From Candidatus Poseidoniales archaeon (GTDB lineage Archaea > Thermoplasmatota > Poseidoniia > Poseidoniales > Poseidoniaceae): a stretch of DNA of 49,921 bases. A program made the position numbers and the translations under genes. This document shows, piece by piece, positions 45,929 to 49,921 of the stretch. The stretch covers positions 1-49,921 of the forward strand of contig QQSJ01000014.1 in assembly GCA_003602635.1 (NCBI GenBank). The letters are read 5' to 3'. The stretch's first letter is position 1. The number at the start of each line of letters is the position of its first letter. The notes under the pieces are model-generated. The model saw nothing but the letters and a program-made list of their open reading frames with translations, was not told the origin of the DNA and made no database searches.

Positions 45929-45957
45929 CTAATAAGAATTTAACAGATTCTATTAAT
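45929..45957 (-). promoter_or_regulatory. AT-rich island; candidate TATA/BRE promoter for a (near-)leaderless oxidoreductase mRNA
   Basis: One of the most AT-rich stretches I noticed (ctaataagaatttaacagattctattaat), 14 to 43 nt upstream of the minus-strand ATG at 45915. On the minus strand TTAAAT lies about 23 to 28 nt upstream of the ATG, with no SD-like element. Confidence 0.35.
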
Positions 45958-45976
45958 CCCGAGAAAGGCCAACGTC

Positions 45977-46606
45977 CTACACAAGGAACACGTGGCCCAG
46001 CGTCCAGAGGGCCAATCCTGCCAACGCCACCGCAAGCCCTCGGTTCAAAGCCACGCCTCGCCGCTCCAAGACGTCTTCAAGCCGTTTGCTGGAGAGGAAC
46101 ACCGCCACCAGCACGTACCAGGTGGTGTCGATCACCATGCCCAAGGCGCCGATGGCCGCTTTGGTCCACAAGGTCATCCCCGGTTCCAGCACTTGCGAGA
46201 GCACGGCGAGCATGAACACCGCAATCTTCGGGTTGAGGAAGGCGATGGTGGCTCCTTCGGCAAAACCGCTCTTGCTTGAAACCGCAGCGTCCGGTTCCGT
46301 CTCCAGATGGCCGTTGGCGTTGGACCACGTCAACCAGGCAAACACCAGCAGCATGGCCGCGCCCAACACGCGCAGCACGGGCAAGGCTTGCTCCGCCGCT
46401 TCGAGCACAGCGATCAAGCTGAACACCGCGATCATGGCGTAGGCTCCGAAGCCGAGGCCGTGTCCAAGCGCGCAGGCCACGCCGCGCCGTCGCCCACCGG
46501 CCAAGGTGTTCCTTAGCACCACGGCAAGGCTTGGCCCGGGGCTGATGGCGCCGATGACGAAGACCGTTCCAGCGCCCAACAGCGCTGGGAAGAGGACGCT
46601 GGACAC
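45977..46606 (-). CDS. LysE/RhtB-family amino-acid exporter
   Basis: 209 aa, six hydrophobic segments. N-terminal ISPGPSLAVVL and central FLNPKIAVFMLAVL are typical of LysE/RhtB. GTG start. Confidence 0.85.
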   Translation of the reverse strand: MSSVLFPALLGAGTVFVIGAISPGPSLAVVLRNTLAGGRRRGVACALGHGLGFGAYAMIAVFSLIAVLEAAEQALPVLRVLGAAMLLVFAWLTWSNANGHLETEPDAAVSSKSGFAEGATIAFLNPKIAVFMLAVLSQVLEPGMTLWTKAAIGALGMVIDTTWYVLVAVFLSSKRLEDVLERRGVALNRGLAVALAGLALWTLGHVFLV

Positions 46607-46838
46607 ACACCTCGATTGGTGCCCCGGGCTTCACGCTGTCGGGTCACTCGGTGTACAACCGGTCCCATGCTTGTTGCGCTCGCAGCACGCGGGGGCGATC
46701 TGCGACCGCCGTGGCCATGGCTCGAGCCAAAGGTGTCGTCGCTCCTTCGAGGAGGTGCATGAGCAGGGCCGTTTGTGGGTCGCGTTGCGCCATGAGGTGA
46801 AATCACCGTATTCACTCTTGAATGTTCGCAATATTGCA

Positions 46839-48077
46839 TCAAGCGCGCATCATCTTTCTGAAAATCGTCGGATTCGCGACCTTTGCCTCCGATTTTCGGC
46901 GAATGACGCGGTAGTTCTCAGGTGGAGGGAGGACGGGATGCGTTCGTTCAGGAGGGCGCCCCGGGCCGAGCAGGATGCGATGCTGCTGAGCGGCTTGACG
47001 CTGACTCAACACCGGCGCCTGAGGCCGCAAGGGGGAGGTCGCCGCCCGGAGCCGACGCCAGGTCGTCGGAGGGAGTTCGTTGGCTGCGATGGCCGCTTGG
47101 GATTCAGCCCATGAACGGCACGACCCGTCACGAGGAAGGACCAACCCTGCCACCGTGGCGTACCCGCTCGAGCGGGGTCGAACCCGGCGGTCTCGTTTGG
47201 ATTCAAGCGTGCGAAGGCCGACGAAATCACTCACCGGGGCCTCACGACGTTCGGGGGCGTCAAACCATCGCTCGGAGCGAAGGGTGCGCTGACGCTCGAT
47301 GCGCATGGAACGAAGGTTCACCGATGCGAGGCCAGGATCGACGTGGTTGTACGCTCCCACGTCCATGGCAAGCCATGACGGCCTTCCATCCGGAAGACGC
47401 ACGTGGCTGAACGCCACGTCGCCCGGCCGTGAACCGAATTTTGTGGTCGTCGAGTGACCAAAGACGACCGTTCTGCGTGGGTCCAAGGGTGCATCATGAC
47501 GGTAGAACCGCCGTCTGATCCAGAGCAACTCGTGTTCGGTTTGCGCCTCCAACGGTTTGCGAGGGTCGTATCCTGCGTGCACCAATCTGACGTCGTCCAG
47601 CACGATTTCCGTTGGGAGTGCATCCATCCAGAGGAGGTCGTCGGCGAACGTATGCTTCGCCACATGCAGGTCTCCTTCTGCGCGGACGATGTAGGACCCC
47701 CACGTGGCCCCACCACCACGTTGCATCCACGGGGGCCAAAGCTCGATGCGGCCGTCGTCTTGCAGGCATTTTGTGGCCATCCGCTCATGGTTTCCAAGGA
47801 GGGTCAACAGGCGGGGGTCGTTGCGAATCAGCGCCACAACCCCAGCAGCGTCTGGGCCGCGATCGATGGCGTCCCCCAAGAGAACAAGGCGGTCCTCTTC
47901 ACCGAGTTTGAGGCGGTGAATCAAGGCGCGAAGCGTGGCAAGATGGCCGTGGACGTCTCCAACAGCAAAGACGCGGTGCCCGGCATCAAGCCTCCCCTGA
48001 AGGTCGGCTTCCAACGCGTGATCCCTCCGACCAAGGTACGAAGGGAGTTGTTTTTTGCACGACAAGGCTGCATTCAC
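46839..48077 (-). CDS. calcineurin-like metallophosphoesterase (PrpA/ApaH-like Ser/Thr phosphatase) with atypical basic C-terminal extension
   Basis: VFAVGDVHGH, LVLLGDAIDRGPD, LLGNHE, VHAG, FGHS. The domain ends near aa 255 to 260. The remaining about 155 aa are Arg/Pro-rich and may not be genuine coding sequence. GTG start at 48077 is uncertain. Confidence 0.7.
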   Translation of the reverse strand: MNAALSCKKQLPSYLGRRDHALEADLQGRLDAGHRVFAVGDVHGHLATLRALIHRLKLGEEDRLVLLGDAIDRGPDAAGVVALIRNDPRLLTLLGNHERMATKCLQDDGRIELWPPWMQRGGGATWGSYIVRAEGDLHVAKHTFADDLLWMDALPTEIVLDDVRLVHAGYDPRKPLEAQTEHELLWIRRRFYRHDAPLDPRRTVVFGHSTTTKFGSRPGDVAFSHVRLPDGRPSWLAMDVGAYNHVDPGLASVNLRSMRIERQRTLRSERWFDAPERREAPVSDFVGLRTLESKRDRRVRPRSSGYATVAGLVLPRDGSCRSWAESQAAIAANELPPTTWRRLRAATSPLRPQAPVLSQRQAAQQHRILLGPGRPPERTHPVLPPPENYRVIRRKSEAKVANPTIFRKMMRA

Positions 48078-48175
48078 CAGGGCGAAGATTCTCCCTGACC
48101 CATGCTTCTTCGTGAGGTTATAGTGGCTTCCTCAATACGATGTTGCTTGGAGGCCGATTTTGCGACCTTTGCCCC

Positions 48176-49585
48176 TCATGCAAACAATTGCGACGGGGGT
48201 GCAGAGTGGGACGAGGAGGCGCGTCGGCCTTCCGTGGCCATCTTGCGGGACCCCACGACATCGGTCACGGCGGCCTCGACGTCAAGGACTTCGATGGACG
48301 TCGAACCTCGCTGCCGGGAGCGGATGAAGGCCGACTTGACCACTTCGTTGAGGTAGGCGCCCGTCAGGCCTTCCGTCTCGCGGACCAACCAACGCATGTC
48401 GAGGTCCTCGGGTCGGCCACCGAAGGTGTCGAGTTGGCGCGTGAGCATGCTGCGTCGCACGTCGGAGGCCGGCGCCTCGACGGCAATCACGCGGTCAAAG
48501 CGGCCCGGCCGAGAGCGGATGGCGCCGTCGAGCAGGTTCAGGTTGTTCGTGGTGGCCACGGCGATGACGCCCGAATTTCCGTCGGTGCCGTCCATGGCGA
48601 CGAGCAACTCACCGAGGATGGGGTGCTGCGCGATGTCACGGGAGATGGCTCCGACGTTGTCGATGTCTTCCAACACAACCATGCACGGCGACATGCGGCG
48701 TGCGTGCTGGAAGATGCGTCGGATGGAACCGCGTCCAAGCTCATCGGGGGTGACCACGATGATGCTCAACTCGGCCAGGCTTCGGATGATGTGCTTGACG
48801 ATCATCGTCTTCCCCGTTCCAGGTTCGCCGACGAGAAGCACGCCACGGGAGGAGGGGATGCCGATGCTTTCGAGTTCGGCCATGAGCGGGACGTACTGAA
48901 TCACTTCGCGGTCGATGGCGTCCTCGATGTCCTTGGACAAGGTCAGCCGTTCGTCGTGGTAAGCCGAGCGGTCGAGCACGCGGTAGGTGCTCGTCATCAC
49001 CAGACCCTTGAGCAGGGTGGAGAAGACGCCCTCCTCAAGTTCCTCGAAGAAACGGTCGGCTTCGAGGCGTTGCGACTTCGGGACACCGAAGTGGAAACGA
49101 CGGTCGCCGTCGCCGTCGTGGGTCATGTAGAGCACCGCGCCGTGGGTCCCCATGTCGAGGTGGACCTCAGCGTCGAGGGCCACCTCATAGACGCCGCGGG
49201 AACCAAGGTTCACACGGGAGTAGGACGGGAGACGCTCCATCGTGGAGTCGTCCTTGTGGAATTCACGAATCAGCGTCCATGGGTGGTTTTCGTCCTTGCA
49301 ACGTTCTTGCAAGAGGACCATCATCAGGTCGCCAAGATGGGAGGGGAAAAATCGGGAGTGGTTGTGGATGTCCTCTCCCTTCATCAGTTCCTTGCGCGCG
49401 CGGAGGCACGGGGTGGTCGAGGCTCGGCGAAGCGCTGACAGAGCGCCTTTGTTGGTTCGGTGGAACGCGAAAAGGTCCACGCTGACCTGGGTGTTGCCCA
49501 GATCAAAGGTCGCGTTGAAGTCCTCCGTCTCAAGTTCAAAGTCGTCTTCGTTGCCCCGCGCATGCTCGTCCGTCAATCCGTCCAT
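48176..49585 (-). CDS. AAA+ ATPase (classic AAA clade) with uncharacterised N-terminal domain
   Basis: Walker A LLVGEPGTGKT, Walker B MVVLEDID, second region of homology ATTNNLNLLDGAIRSRPGRFD. The N-terminal about 220 aa have no recognisable motif. Confidence 0.85.
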   Translation of the reverse strand: MDGLTDEHARGNEDDFELETEDFNATFDLGNTQVSVDLFAFHRTNKGALSALRRASTTPCLRARKELMKGEDIHNHSRFFPSHLGDLMMVLLQERCKDENHPWTLIREFHKDDSTMERLPSYSRVNLGSRGVYEVALDAEVHLDMGTHGAVLYMTHDGDGDRRFHFGVPKSQRLEADRFFEELEEGVFSTLLKGLVMTSTYRVLDRSAYHDERLTLSKDIEDAIDREVIQYVPLMAELESIGIPSSRGVLLVGEPGTGKTMIVKHIIRSLAELSIIVVTPDELGRGSIRRIFQHARRMSPCMVVLEDIDNVGAISRDIAQHPILGELLVAMDGTDGNSGVIAVATTNNLNLLDGAIRSRPGRFDRVIAVEAPASDVRRSMLTRQLDTFGGRPEDLDMRWLVRETEGLTGAYLNEVVKSAFIRSRQRGSTSIEVLDVEAAVTDVVGSRKMATEGRRASSSHSAPPSQLFA

Positions 49586-49599
49586 GTGGAGGATTTTTC

Positions 49600-49618
49600 T
49601 TTGAGAACATATGAAGGT
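49600..49618 (-). promoter_or_regulatory. candidate TATA-like element for a leaderless AAA+ ATPase mRNA
   Basis: On the minus strand TTCATATGTT lies about 22 to 31 nt upstream of the ATG at 49585, followed by an A-rich tract. No SD-like element. Weak. Confidence 0.25.
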
Positions 49619-49627
49619 CGGAACTGG

Positions 49628-49921
49628 TCACATGTTGCGACGGTACTGGCCGCCGACCTCGAACAGGGCGTTAGAGATCTGACCGAGGCTCGCGACTTTG
49701 ACGGTCTCCATCAATTCCTCAAACACGTTCCCGCCGGAGCGCGCCACGCCTTGCAGGCGGGTCAGCGCTTCGTTGGTCGCGTCCAGATCGCGGCTCTGAA
49801 GGGCGGTGGTTCGCTCGAGGCACGCGGCCTTTTCCTCGGGCGTGGCGCGCGCCAATTCCATGTCGAAGGCGTCGGCTGAGGACTCGTCGAAAGCCTCGGC
49901 GTTGGGGTTCTGGAAGGTGTT
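49628..49921 (-). CDS. methylmalonyl-CoA mutase, large (catalytic) subunit, C-terminal fragment (5' end outside the window)
   Basis: The frame is open to the window edge. The C-terminus ...ALQSRDLDATNEALTRLQGVARSGGNVFEELMETVKVASLGQISNALFEVGGQYRRNM matches the conserved end of the MCM barrel domain (...NL.P.I.EAV....TLGEI...L..V.G.Y). Confidence 0.65.
   Translation of the reverse strand, partial: NTFQNPNAEAFDESSADAFDMELARATPEEKAACLERTTALQSRDLDATNEALTRLQGVARSGGNVFEELMETVKVASLGQISNALFEVGGQYRRNM

Noticed and set aside
46876-46887. The 12-mer GCGACCTTTGCC recurs at 46876..46887 and 48162..48173, each near the 3' end of a minus-strand gene with similar GATT flanks
   Set aside because: Many 12-mer coincidences are expected by chance in 50 kb on two strands. 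There are only two copies and no clear hairpin. This is not enough to call a terminator or regulatory motif.
47173-47190. T-arm-like GGGGTCGAACCC element suggesting a tRNA or tRNA fragment
   Set aside because: No acceptor, D or anticodon arms can be built around it on either strand.
46900-47300. RNase P-like or SRP-RNA-like fragments (GAGGAAGGACC, GAACCCGGCGG, CCAGGTCGTCGGAGGGAG) in the GC-rich region after the phosphatase domain
   Set aside because: The matches to the conserved CR-I/CR-V and SRP helix-8 motifs are imperfect. The CR-I-like and CR-V-like pieces lie only about 50 nt apart, and the invariant GGAGCA of SRP is absent. I cannot support an RNA gene call by eye.
45271-49438. Plus-strand ORFs 45271..46215, 46506..47114, 46922..47410, 47454..48098 and 48140..49438
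   Set aside because: They are antisense to the oxidoreductase, LysE, phosphatase and AAA+ genes. The translations are basic and low-complexity with no motifs.
1-49921. Search for CRISPR arrays, transposases, integrases, prophage genes or an atypical-composition island, including next to tRNA-Gly
   Set aside because: No direct-repeat/spacer array and no integrase or transposase motif were found. Composition looks uniform by eye apart from short AT-rich promoter-like patches. The tRNA is flanked by ordinary genes.

Overview
GC-rich (about 60% by eye), densely coding 49.9-kb window. I call about 36 protein genes and one tRNA. I found no rRNA, CRISPR array, transposase or integrase. All calls come from by-eye motif recognition on the supplied ORF translations; no database search was run. 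The backbone looks archaeal: PCNA sliding clamp, transcription factor S, a Nop5-fibrillarin pair and a TBP-fold protein. The proteins are strongly acidic, and many metabolic genes are of the type usually seen in bacteria (FabI, GlpX, Fpg/MutM, LysE, PfkB, crotonase, hotdog thioesterase, methylmalonyl-CoA mutase). Together with giant surface proteins this resembles uncultivated marine Euryarchaeota such as Marine Group II/Poseidoniales, but that is inference only. The main finding is a tightly packed operon at 18644..29034: an SDR-type enoyl-ACP reductase (FabI), a 2935-aa PUFA-synthase/PKS-like megasynthase, and an Sfp-type phosphopantetheinyl transferase. The megasynthase reads KS - AT - degenerate carrier-like - KS - three tandem PfaA-type carrier domains - KR - DH. 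An ACP-dependent lipid synthase is unexpected in an archaeal context. All three tandem carrier domains have Thr where the phosphopantetheine-accepting Ser is normally invariant, and the fourth carrier-like domain has Asp there. Other points: a 1946-aa membrane-anchored surface protein tightly coupled to a TraB-like protein, a very divergent TBP-fold protein and a TatD hydrolase; a 1861-aa surface subtilase with about 29 thrombospondin-type-3-like Ca-binding motifs; an EF-Tu-like protein that has lost all GTPase motifs; a Nop5-fibrillarin-Fpg operon; three convergent gene pairs abutting on the palindrome TGATCA; and an atypically basic 0.5-kb ORF extension downstream of a metallophosphoesterase domain that may not be coding.
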